The translations under genes were made by a program, and so were the position numbers. Source: Blastocystis sp. Blastoise (taxonomy: Eukaryota > Protista > Bigyra: Opalinata). Taken from it: 64,000 nucleotides of DNA. Positions 1 through 13,300 of this stretch are shown here, one piece after another; positions within the stretch are counted from its first letter, which is position 1; each line of letters starts with the position of its first letter. Where the stretch lies: positions 620,001 to 684,000 of the forward strand of contig JBBPEB010000009.1 of NCBI GenBank assembly GCA_039096225.1, in the 5' to 3' direction. The notes below the pieces were generated by a model. It saw only the letters and a program-made list of their open reading frames with translations, was not told the origin of the DNA and ran no database searches.

Positions 1-469
1 TATCTTTACTAGGATCATAACTATATATATTTATATATAATTAATTTGAAATAAGAATTTTTTTTTTAATAATCATAAAAAAATAAAAATAAAAATAAAA
101 ATAAAAATAAAAATAAAAATAAAAATAAAAATAAAAATAAAAATAAAAATAAAAATAAAAATAAAAATACGGTTTATCTTTAGTAGGAATTTCTAAGATT
201 GTAGGTACAGTTCCTTTATAAGCATTGATTAAATGACGTATTTCATCAGCTTGAGATTGGTTTATCATAATAATACCAATATCTTTACGTTCAGTAAATC
301 TTGTAAATACTTCTTCAAGCTCTGTAGTCTTAGTATTCTTATCAGCAACAAAATAATTGCTTCCTTCTCTTCCAGTATTATCTCCAGCACCAGCTAATAA
401 AAATCCAGTAACTGTATCTTCATCACCAATAACAGCAATAAGTTTTTCAGCATCTCCTATTTGAGCCAT
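1..469 (-). CDS. ATP6V1F: V-type proton ATPase subunit F (3' end runs off the window)
   Basis: Translation has LIAVIGDEDTVTGFLLAG, DIGIIMINQ..ADEIRHLI and PTILEIPTKDKP. A GT-AG intron filled with (TATTTT)n is followed by YDPSKD, matching the Vma7/ATP6V1F family. Confidence 0.96.
80..168 (-). repeat. (TATTTT)n hexamer microsatellite in a V-ATPase F intron
   Basis: Near-perfect AAAATA repeats on the + strand; they produce the spurious YFYFYF tail of the ORF. Confidence 0.9.
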
Positions 470-553
470 CTGTTTCTATTATAATATAATATTATCTTTT
501 ATCAAATCAAGAACACAAGTATTCCTTTAATATTTATAAAAATAATTGGTAAG

Positions 554-563
554 AATCTTGATT
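554..563. promoter_or_regulatory. Candidate palindromic promoter element AATCTTGATT in the ATP6V1F/HMGCR divergent intergenic region
   Basis: Related palindromes lie upstream of other gene starts at 7481, 10254, 55374 and 56077. Confidence 0.35.
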
Positions 564-738
564 ATCCTAAAAAAATTCAGTTTAAAAAATAAACTGGCCA
601 ATTCTTCAACAATTTCTTTTTGTTTATCATTTTTTCTTGTAGCAATTTCTCAGTTTCTCAGTTTCTCAGTTTGCTTGATCTTTTCTATTTTGTTATTTTG
701 TTTTTGTTTTGTTTAATTATAATCGTTATAATTATATC

Positions 739-1515
739 ATGTTTTCCATACTAACTAGACGTCTAAGTTCTTCTTCAAAAAGAATTTTTCCAAATTTAAA
801 AACTCTTTCTAATGAAGAAATTATCAAAATGGTTCAAGCAAAAGAAGTCCCTCATTATCGATTAGAAGATCTACTTGAAGATCCATTGAGAGCTATTGAA
901 ATTCGTAGAAAAGCTCTTCTTAATTCGAAATCTGAATGTATTGGATCTATTCCTGTGAATAATTGGGATTCTACTTCTTTCTTTACTCGTGTTCAAGGAA
1001 GAAATTGCGAAAATGTTATTGGTTTTACACCTATTCCTTTAGGTGTTGTAGGTCCACTTACTGTTAATGGCGAATCTCATTATGTACCCCTAGCTACTAC
1101 TGAAGGTGCTCTTATTGCATCTACAAATAGAGGTATAATTTATTTTTTTTATTATATATATATTTTTTATTTATATAATGTATTTGTTTTTATTATATAT
1201 ATATGTTTTTTTTTATAATATGTTTTTTATTATATATATTCATTTTTTTTATTAATATATAAATAAATATATATAGTTTCAAGATACTATATTGAATATG
1301 TTTTCTAATGATATAACTATATAGGTATTACTGCATTAACTCGTTGTGGAGGTGTAATTGCACGTGTAACTTCAGATGCTATGACTAGAGCTCCTATTTT
1401 AAAATGTAAGAATTTAGATCAAACTTTAGAAATTAAACATTATATTGATTCTGAAGAAGGTTATAAAGATATATGTAATTCTTTTGAAACTACTACTTCT
1501 CATGGAAAAGTTAAA

Positions 1516-1564
<49 letters not shown>

Positions 1565-1733
1565 TTGTAGTTTTTTAAAAATGAATATATATAATATTCT
1601 ATAGTATTCTATTTTGTTATAATATATATGATGCTATTTATATAGGAAATAAAATCTTGGATTATTGGTAATAGAATTCATATTAGAATTGAAGCTGAAA
1701 CTGGTATTTTTTGAAATAATAATAATAATAATT

Positions 1734-1764
<31 letters not shown>

Positions 1765-2274
1765 GTATTATTATAATTATATTTATTATTATTATTATTA
1801 TGTTTCTCTCTCTATATATATAAATAAAGGTGAAGCAATGGGTATGAATATGTTGACAAAAGGTAGTGAAAAGGCGATGAAACATATATGCTCTCTTTAT
1901 GAAGGAGTCACGCTCGATACACTCTCAGGAAATATGTGTATAAGGATATGATAATAATTATATATAATAAATGTAATAATATATAATAAACATAATAAGT
2001 ATAATAATAAACATAATTATACTCTATTTCATTTTAGGTGTACGGATAAGAAAACGTCGGCAGTTAATTGGGTGATGGGTCGTGGAAAGAGTGTGAGTTG
2101 TGAAGCTACACTAACAGAAGATGTTGTACGAGATGTACTGAAATGTACGGTACAAGATATTGTTCGCTTAAATACTGGTATATAAACTAATGCTAATCAG
2201 TTTTTTTTTCTCATTCTCTCTTTATATATATATATATATATATGAATGAATATATATATATAAATATATATGAA

Positions 2275-2319
<45 letters not shown>

Positions 2320-3099
2320 AAGAATTTAGTAGGATCTGCAATGGCGGGAAGTATTGGCGGTAATAATGCTCATGCTGCTAATATTATTGCTGGTATTTTT
2401 ATTGCTACTGGTCAAGATGCTGCTCAAGTATATATATATATATATTCATTCATATATATTTATATCTATTAATAATAGTATTCATTATTTATATTATTAT
2501 TATATTATTTTGTTAATACAATTATATATATAAATATATATAGGTAGTAGAATCTTCAAATTGTTTAGTATGGTTAGAAGAAGTAGATCGAAATTTACAT
2601 ATAATGACATATATGCCATCTATAGAAGTAGGTACAATTGGAGGAGGTACTTCCCTGGAAGTACAAAAGAATACTCTTCAACTTATCTCTGTATATATAT
2701 TATATATTATATTGAATTACTATATATATATTATAAATATATATATTTAATTATTATATAAGTATTTTTATATAATAATATAATAAATTTAATAATAATA
2801 ATAATAATATATATATAGAGTAAACACCCTGTAAATAGTGTGATGCTTGCTCAAATTATTGCGGGAAGTGTAATGGCGGGAGAATTAAGTCTTATTGCCG
2901 CGCAAGCATCAGGAGATCTTGTGAAGGCGCATGAAAAACTGGGACATATCCTTTTTTTTTATTTATATTATTAGTCTATATTTATATATATTACTTTCTC
3001 TTCTTCTTCTTATCACATAACTATTATTAACCTATATATCTAGTATATTTCATAAATATCATTATATCCTTAATTGTTTTACGAAAATCTATTGGCTAA
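739..3099 (+). CDS. HMGCR: Class I HMG-CoA reductase, catalytic domain only, with N-terminal mitochondrial-type presequence; 9 exons
   Basis: Spliced product has [92 protein letters not shown] and AHEKLGR. The last intron is AT-AC. Confidence 0.96.
2946..3082 (+). other. U12-type (minor spliceosome) AT-AC intron in HMGCR
   Basis: Donor ATATCCTTT, branch point TCCTTAAT at 3067-3074, acceptor TTTTAC. Removal creates C|GA = the conserved Arg five residues after the catalytic His, then KSIG*. Confidence 0.9.
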
Positions 3100-3382
3100 T
3101 CCTGATGTGATTCTGTTCATATATATATATAAAATAGATAACAATAGAATCTATTCTATATATATAAGATTAAAATAAAATAGTATAGTTATTTACTATT
3201 ATAACCATTTATTCTTTGTGAGGTCGATTACATTCTTTATTATCTATTTTTGTTTTTTGTTTTTCACCATTTATTATTAGAATCCTTTTAAAAACAGTTA
3301 ACTAATACAGCATTATGATGACCAGTTATTAAATAAAGAATAAAAGACAAATAATAATAATAATAATATTTTATTCATTAAT

Positions 3383-5053
3383 TTAAGTATATGTTTTTAA
3401 TTCGTTTTGGACCATAGATAAAGCTTCTAATCCTTCTTTTCCTGATTCAAAAAACCCATGAACTGTTTTCTTCCAATAAAACACTTTTACAGGAACATGA
3501 TGTTTCTATAAAAATCATTATTATGATGTATAAATAAACAAATCAGAATATATATAAAATAATATGTTTTTGAAAATAGTAAATACTTTTAATATTTTTT
3601 CATATTGAATAGAAGATGATTTCAATATATCATATTCACATATATACATATGAAATGGAGGAAAATAACTATAATCTAAATCAGGAGAAAAATACTTTTT
3701 ATAATCTTCATAATAATACTATATATATAGTATTTATCATTATATTATTTATATATCAAGATAATATTACTAAAAAAAGAATCAATCAATATATATATAT
3801 ATATATACATCTTTATTATGATAAAGTATATGTTTACAACGAATAAATTGTGAATAATTAATTCCGAATCCACTTTTATATCTAGAAAAACTATCTAAAT
3901 GAGAACCAAGAGGTAAAGAACCATACATACTTATCTATATATATATATATATGTAGTATATATATATGCTTTGTTTATATATTATTATAATATTATGTTA
4001 ATAATTGTATATAAAAGAAAATAATTACAATTATAAACAATTCTATAAATAATGTTATTCACATATAAATAAGTATATAATGTACAGCTAATAGAAATGT
4101 CCCTATACGTTGTTCTTGATGATGTTTATGTAGTATATAAGGTATACTATTCATTCCTTGACTCTGACCCATGATTAATAATCGATTTATATCTATAGTA
4201 TACTCACTACTACGATCTAAAACATACTGAAATCTTAGAATTATTATATATAATATATAATAAATATATAATAAATAATAAATAAATAAATATATAAATA
4301 AATAAATATATAAATGAATAATAAATAAATAATAAATAAATAAATAATAATAAATAATATATACTACTAATGCTTCATATATATTATAATTTTGAATAGG
4401 ATAAGGATATTTTGGTCCTAATAAATATTCTACATACAATACACAAACATTAGATTCTGCAAGATGAAACACAGTATTTGCATTTATTTTCCAATTTCCA
4501 AAAATAAACCCTCCTGCATGACAATAGATCAATAAAGGTATTTCCTTTTTTAATAACTCTTTTTTACGAACTATAAAATTATTTATTAATAGTATCCATA
4601 TAAATATATAATAAAATGACATACCAAGCATAAATCGAAATGAATAATCTTCTTTCTTGTTTGTAATAGTCAAAGTTTGTACATCAAATTGAGGATCTAC
4701 ATTTTTTTAGAAGATATGAGTTATTATTATTTTAAGGATAAAATAAAGATACCCACAACAATATCTGGATAAAATTTCTCAAGAAGCTTTTGTCCTTTCA
4801 GAATATCATCGTCATTTTCAGTTTCAATGTATCTTAAGAAAAAATATTATTATTTTGATTAGACTAGTTCATCTTCATACTTTCTGGTTAACACTTCAAA
4901 TGCAATATAATCTAATATATTAATGAAGTTCATTGACCACGATAAACAGAAATTTATTTGCTGAAGAAATTCATATAGGATAAATCCAATCAGTAAACCG
5001 TTGATAAATATAAAAAGATGAATAATGAAATTCAGAATGCTATCAAAGACCAT
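3383..5053 (-). CDS. HSL/GDXG-family alpha/beta hydrolase (esterase/lipase) with N-terminal hydrophobic anchor, paralog 1
   Basis: LIYCHAGGFIFG oxyanion motif, GQSQG nucleophile, CEYDIL catalytic Asp and TVHGFF catalytic His across GT-AG-bounded exons. Confidence 0.85.
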
Positions 5054-5537
5054 TTTTTTTTTACAGAAAATAAAAAGTGATATAGAATCAAATTATATTT
5101 TTTTTTTGTAGAAATTTTAGTATTCTTTTCAGATGATTTCCATGATTTCATTGGATACTCATACATGCTTCACCAATTATTATTCTTGTTGAGAAAAAGT
5201 GGTACTTTTTGGGCTCAAACACGATTTTTATCATTTATTTTACTAAATAGTTTCGTATTAGTATTTGCATTGGATAGAAAAGAATAATGGTGGTACATTT
5301 ATGTAAAATATGACGAGATTTACTAAAATGTCCAAATCGCAGATACTAAATATTTTTTGTGTGAAATATCGACAAAATGACTATTAGAATATATACATGA
5401 TAGGTGAATGAATTTGAAAGTTTAAAATCATGAAAATGAAAGACAAAACACTTTCTTTTGTTATCAATAAAATTTAAAATAAAAATTTGAATCCTATATA
5501 ATAGACTATAGGGTATTTAAACAATATATTTTCATAA

Positions 5538-7416
5538 TTATTCTCGTTCATCTAAGAGTAAATCTAGAAAAATAGATAATTAAATATATATATATATTTA
5601 TTAAAAAGTAAAAATATATAAAAAAAGTAAATACTATTAACAATATTAATAACATCTTGAACAGCTTGTTTTCCATCTTTTCCATGATTAAAGAATCCAT
5701 GTACAGTATTTTCTAATTTACGAACATATACTGGAACACCAGCAGACTAAAATAATATAATGATTTATAGAGGATATAAAATATAATAAAAATTAGAATA
5801 AAGATATATAATAAAAAAAAACAGAAGAATAAAAAAAGATAAAAAATAGAATAATAAAAATAATAATAATAAATAGAATAATAAGAATAATATACCTTTA
5901 AGAAAGTAGCAAATGTTTCTGCAGAGTCTTGAAGACAATCGCATTGACAGGAGAATATATAGAAAGGAGGGAAATCAGTATAATCAGTGATAGCAGAATA
6001 ATGGTCATGATAATCAGTAATTAACTCCTATATGTATTGTTATAGAATAGGATATATAAAAGATATTGAATACATAATAATTCTATTATAAACAAAAATA
6101 AAATAAATAAATATATATATATACCTCAGGTGTATTAAAGAGAACACCATACATAACAATAACTTGACGATAATTGATTCCATACCCATAACGGAATCGT
6201 TGATAAGAAGGTAAATTGACACCCCCTGACACGGAACCATACATATATATCTATTTATATAATCATGTTTAATATATATAGTATATTGTATACTATAATT
6301 TTAATACTTAATATTATAAAATAATAATAATAAAAATTGAATAAAAAAATGGTAAAAATAATTAAAAAAATGATAAAAACATTAAATAAATAATAACGAT
6401 AAATAAAAAAACATAATAAATAGAATAATATATATATATATCACTCCTAATATTTTTCCAGGTAGATGTTCATCTCTATGCATAATAATAGAAGGATTAA
6501 TTAAAGAGGCTCCAGCACTTTGACCCATAAGTATAAGTTTATTAATATCTATATTATAATGTTCACCATTTGATAATACCCACTATATAATATATATAAT
6601 ATATATAATATATATAATATATTTATTTGTTTATTCATATATAGAGAAAACTGAATCATAATAATAATAATAATAATAATAATAATATATAAATATATAA
6701 TACTTTTAATGCTTGTTTCATATTATTTCCTTGATAAGGTGCTTTATAATCAGGACATATAAAATATTCTACATATAATACACGAAAACCACCTTCAGAT
6801 AATTTTAAACATGCCTTATTCTTAGAAGCCCAATCTCCCCATACAAAACCACCTCCATGAAGATATATAAGTAATGGAGATTTGATATTCACTAAGGATT
6901 TTGGAGTTACTATATATAAAGTAATAAATATAGAATAAAAAAATAATTTTATAATATACCTAAATAAAGTTTTAAGGTCACTTTAGGATCTAAATCACAA
7001 GGTAACTCAATATAATCAATTACATAATTGCTGAAATTAGCTATATAGAATACTTATGAAAACACAATTAAGATTTAAAAAAAAATTACTTTTCTTTGTT
7101 AAATTATCAATAACACTAGCTAACCAATCTCTACGTCTACAGAAACTTTTTTCATCATAATCTTCATTCCATAATCTATATAAGACAATTATTAATTCGA
7201 TATATTCTTCAAAGTAACAAAATATGAATATTCTAGAATAAAAAAAATTAATATATACCCAGACATGAAAAAATCGAATGCAGCTGCACTCTCCAAATTA
7301 ACATAATTCATAGAAAAAGAGAGATGTCGATGATAATTCATATAAACATATCGAATTAATTTGCCTACTAGCATACCCACGATAAATAAAATAACATCCC
7401 CTATAAACTCAAACAT
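5538..7416 (-). CDS. HSL/GDXG-family alpha/beta hydrolase with N-terminal hydrophobic anchor, paralog 2
   Basis: LIYLHGGGFVWG, LYVEY, MGQSAG, CQCDCLQD and TVHGFF. Exon layout is similar to paralog 1. Confidence 0.88.
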
Positions 7417-7579
7417 TTTATACTTAATGAATCTATACAAGGAAATATTTTTTGTTGAAATGAAAAGAAAAGAAAAAGAAAGTCATGATTGACTGAATTT
7501 TTCTTAACGATTTCTAATCGAAACATGACAAATTGTCATTTATTCTGTTATTGTTTCAAAATACAATTGTTCTAAAGTT

Positions 7580-9025
7580 ATGAAGGTCAGAACCGTTACT
7601 GCCTTTGTTTATATATCTAAGGAGGATTCTCTTGATGTGATAAGAGAAATATTAGAGACAGCCTCAGCAAATAATGTTCATGCCAAATCTGTTTTTGAAA
7701 AGGAAGGATATGAAGTTCAAACTCTTCGAATTACTACGAATAGTTTTGAAGATTATTGTGAGAATGATCGAGAAGCTATCTTAAATAAGATGGAAGAACT
7801 AGCGAAGATTGTGAATGGTATTCTTTAATTAAAGCTAGTTGTTTTATAGATATATTTATATAGACATTGAGGTTTCTTATTTCAGTTTAGGAAATGCAAA
7901 GACTATTTTAGGAATGAGTGTTATTCCAGATATATTAAAAGTATATATAGAATCATATAAATATTATTTTGTATTCTTTTTTAGATGTGTTCAAAATTTT
8001 CATTATGTGCAACTATAGATGAAGATTTTTGTAATATAGAAGACAGTTTCTCTATTTGTGGACATAGTATATGTGTACTATATATATAAATATATATAAT
8101 TGATATAGAATAATAATAATAATAATAATTAACAATAAATATAGTATATAAATATATTATAGATGTAATTCGATTAAGTAAAGAAACTGAACAAGGATTG
8201 GGTAATTTTAATTATACAGTTTGTTGTTGTTGTAAGTCATTTATTCCTTTTTTCCCAGCATCTTTTTCTTCTCCTATGCAAGGATTTGGAGGGAAAACTA
8301 TGTATTTTGGAATAGGAACAGAAAATGGTGATGAAGTTGTTCAATGTTTTCAAAAATGTCATTCTTTTTGTGTATGTATAATAATAATTATTATATTTAT
8401 TTATTATATTAATAGTATATGATAATTAATATCATTTTAAAATAGTTATTCTTTTAAAATAGTTGAATATATATATTAATATATACATAAATTATTTACT
8501 ATTATTTGTTATTTCAATTTAGGAAGGGAAATATAAGTTATTAATGAAATTGAATGAAGAATATAAGTCTATTGAAGTATATATTATATTTATATATATA
8601 TATTAATATTATATATATTTATATATTATATGTATTTATATTATATATATATGGATAAAAATATAAATTATATGAGTATAAATTATAAAACAATATTATA
8701 TATATAGACAATAGCATCTTCTCTATCTTCTTCTACTTATATATATAAAGGTATAGATACGTCCTTTAATCCTGGATTATCTAATGAACGTAGTATAGTA
8801 GAAGGAATAGAACAATTATGTATATCTAGTTATACTTTACCTTCTTCATTTTCATTTGGAGATGTAGGTAGTCTTAGTATATGTAGATTATTAACTAGTA
8901 TTTGTGATGATATTCATGTTAAAAAAACTGGATATTGTGGATTAATGTTACCTGTTCTAGAAGATTCCAAATTAGCACAACGATATGGTGAAGTATATAT
9001 TATTATATATTATTATCAGTATTAG

Positions 9026-9095
<70 letters not shown>

Positions 9096-9756
9096 TTTAT
9101 ACATATATTTAATATATTAAATATATATAGGGTTGTTTTACAGTACCTACATTACTTTCTTATATATCTTTTATATTATATATATATATATATAGATATT
9201 ATTACATATAATTATATATAATTATTTTTAATTATTTTTATTTTGCATTTATATATATACCAAAAAGTTTCAACTATATTATTATTTTTTAATAAATATA
9301 TTATATATATATATTATTCTCCTTAATAAACTGTTTTTACTCTTCTGTATGTGGAGTAGGAATTGATACATTACCTCTACCTATAGATACATCTCTTTTC
9401 TCTATTATTATGACATATAAAGATGTATATGCACTCTCTAAAGTATATATATATGTATATATATATTATTTTTTGTTATTATACTAAATATATTTTATAT
9501 ATAATAATTATTTTTATTATTCATAGAAATGGAATAAACAATTATCATGCCGTCTTTTCTTATGCCCTGGTATATTAACATACATACATCTTATTATTTT
9601 AATTTACATATATTTATTTATATGCCATGAAATATATATATTTTTCAAAATTAATTACATGATATTTATTTCATAAAATTTATAGATATTCACGATGGTG
9701 AAATTTCAAAATTTGAAAATCCAAACCTTACAAATTGCATTGTTCATGCTATTTAA
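7580..9756 (+). CDS. DUF711 / UPF0210 (PFL-like fold) family protein; about 10 exons
   Basis: MKVRTVT, GYEVQTLRITTN, GNFNY..IPFFPA, GIDTSFNP, GYCGLMLPVLEDSKLAQR, YSSVCGVGIDTLPLP, KQLSCRL and FENPNLTN are hallmark DUF711 blocks. Confidence 0.88.
9164..9340 (+). other. U12-type AT-AC intron in the DUF711 gene
   Basis: Donor ATATCTTTT, branch point TTCTCCTTAAT (9317-9327), acceptor TTTTTAC. Removal joins TLLSY|SSVCGVGIDTLP in frame; no GT-AG pair does this. Confidence 0.88.
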
Positions 9757-10343
9757 TTATATACAGTATCTACATTTTTATTCATTACTTATTCGGTACT
9801 CATTCTTTTCTATCATTTCAAATGATTACTTGCTCTTCAAGAATATATCTTTTTCTAGTTTATTTTTTTTAATGAGTTTCTTAATTGTGTAGTCTATATA
9901 TATTTTATTAATCATATTGAGATGCTATGATCTGAACATTCTATTTCTTCTTTTTTATACTCGTTGTTTTTCTTTAAATCAATTCCTAATTATTTGTTCT
10001 TCTTTCAAAGAATAGATATTTATTATACATTGATTTCAAATTACATACCATGATGAATCTCATAAACAATCTATATTCATAAACTAATCTAAAAAGTGAA
10101 ATAAAAAAAAAACCAAAAAAACTCAGTTTTTTCTATTTTCCTTTCTTCTGTTCATCCAATAATTTCATAGTAAAACGGCAAGTGTTTTCTTTTGTTCACA
10201 AATACTGTTTACTAAATACATTTTTTTTAATTAACCCCTCACTTTTTGGAGATAATCGTGATTATTTCATAAGATTATTCGTTTTTGTTTTAAAGTCATT
10301 TACATTCATTTATTGGGACTTGAATTAGAATTTATTTCTATTC

Positions 10344-13300
10344 ATGATGTTTGCATTTATGGTTATATTGCTGTCCTCTTTCAGTACATATATATTGATT
10401 TCTCTTTCTATTTTATTTTGTAGTGATTGTGTCATCATGTGTTTCTGGACAGGTGAATTTAACAATAGTCCGTACATACACAGACAGACAATATAAAGAG
10501 TCGATATCTCTTTTTGAAATTATTCATGATTCAAAGAAACTTGTTGATACTATTGAAGGTTTTGATAAAATCAATGCTACGTACACAACATCTTATTGTG
10601 TGAATCAAACCTATTATTTGATTTCTGCATCAGACATGTATTTTATTCTCTTTTTAAAAAGAACATGTTTATTTATTCTTTTTATTTAGTGAAGAAAATG
10701 GATGGTCAACTGGATCTTTCTTCTCTGTATATATAGACGATATCCAAATTATTGAAGATCGACTCGATCAAGGATCCTATCAAGAATGGCCATTTTATTG
10801 TATATTTTATTTATTTTTTAAATATATATATATATATATATATTTAATATTTTTATATTATTATATGTATAGAATATTTTATAATAATTTGTAATATAAA
10901 AAAATATATAATATATAGAATAATTTATAATATAATAATATATAATATAATATATAATATAATGATTTATAATATACTCTATATAGCTGGTTATATAATT
11001 AATAAGAATATTCAATGGCGTTATACGAATGATGCACAATTTAATACTATATGGAAATCGACTGATTATGATGATTCAAAATGGAAATTATATTATCCTT
11101 TAGAATTTCCTAATAATATAATGAAAACACGATATTATAGAGCTAAAGTGACTCTTTCATTAAATCAATCTGATTTCTCTTTATTATATATATCTATGAA
11201 ATTAAAAGAAGGATGTGTAGTTTATATAAATGGTAAAGAAGTATTTCGTCGATATATGAATATACAAAGTATAATTGGTCCTAATACTTATGCTATTAAA
11301 GAAGATTATTATTATGAATATAGAGAAGTTACTGTTAGTACTAATATGTACTTACCTACTGTAAATACATTTGTTGTTGCTATAGAAATACATCCTTCTT
11401 CTCAACATATAGCTTCTAATGATTTATTTAATTGTTTTATATATCCTTTTTATGGGAAATCTACAAATAGGTTTTTAACAGGTACAGTAAGTAATACAGA
11501 AATACCGGATTATGAATCTGTTATAAATGTATTTGATCATAATCGACGTACATATTGGAATTGTACGGTTTTAACTGAATGTACTTTTATTCTTTCTTAT
11601 ATAAATGATCGTCGTGAATATATAAATGAAATAGAATTAGTTTCCAATCCTATTCATTCATTTACTGATCCTGCTTCTATATCTTTTTATGGTAGTGATG
11701 ATCAATATTCATGGCAATTATTATTATCTACAGATATACCTCCTTTTCAAGAAAGACAACAATCTATTTATTTATATTTACCATCACATACTACTATATA
11801 TAGTAATTATAAATTCTCTATTGATTCTATACAAGAACCTTCTTATAATTCTAGTCAAGTATCTTGTATTAACTTTTTAACTACAAATCAAATCAATTAT
11901 ATTGATACTTTTCAATATCCACAAAGTTCTTATAATTTATATATAGGTATACCATTTTTTATTGCACCTATATCTTCTGCATCTATTGATTTTATTCTTT
12001 CTTATCCTCCTACTCTTCCTAAAGGTATTCTTTTTACTTCAAAAGGTATTATTAAAGGTATTCCTGAAGAATCTATATTAACTACTTTTATTATTTCTGC
12101 TACAGATACATTCACTTTAAAAATTATGACTATATATTTATCAATTGGTATTTTTCCTTGTTCTTATCAAAATAATATTCTTGTTAATATTAATCATTAT
12201 TCTTATTCATCTCCTCCTTCAAGAGAAACATTTTCTATTATTAATTCTAAAGAAAAAGTTTTATATACTTTTTCTGGTATATCTTCTACTCCTTCTCCTA
12301 TTCAATTATGTTTACCTATGGATTTCTATACTATTTTATTATCTGTAGAACAAGGATATATATGGAATAAACAATCTTATATTACTATACATAAAGTATC
12401 TCAATTATATCCTACATCTATTAGTATACCTTCTATTCCTTTATTATATATATCACTTCCATCTGATAAACAATCATTATCTATTCCACTTAATCTAAAT
12501 TATATTATACCTTATTATCATCCAGAAACATTATGTCATATATCTACTAAAGTTGTACCTCAAGATTGGTATAAAATTGAATATATACCGAATCAAGATT
12601 GGAATACTTGTTATACTATTACTCCAAAAGATAAATTATCTTATGTTCAATATTATCGTAAAATATTTACTATTAAGAATTTATCTATATATACAACTGT
12701 AGAAATTGAACTTTATTCTACTTATTCTTTAGTTATATATATAAATAATAATAAAGAATATTCTACTTATATTGATGTATCTGAAATTACTATAAATTCT
12801 CCTTCTTCATCTCCTATTGCTGGATATATATTTAGAACAATTACTTTCCCTATAGATCTATTTGAAGAAGGTAATAATACTATTAGTATAGCACAAATAT
12901 ATACTACAAGTGATCTATTAAATAATACTATTTTATTTACTTATGGTATTCGTTTATTAAAGAATAGTATATATACATCACGTATTTGGGGTTATTCTAT
13001 AGAAGGAAAATATTCAAATGATTTTATTCCAAATCATTTGATTAGTAAGAATCCAAATTTATTTTGGTTATATGATTATGTATATTATACAGAAACATCA
13101 ACTAATTTATTATTTATTCCAGATAATAATTTAAGATATGAATTTTATAATAATTATTGCTTTACAATTTCTTATGATTATATTAATTATGAACCAAAAG
13201 AATGGTATTTTTATGGATGTATAAATGAAAATAAATGTATAGAATTAGATTATGAATCAAATATATTATGGTTAAATCGAAATGAAAAACGTTGTTTTAA

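Noticed and set aside
1943-1950. AAGGATAT (ATATCCTT on the - strand) as another U12 donor
   Set aside because: It is antisense to HMGCR, inside an ordinary GT-AG intron, and no - strand gene is present there.
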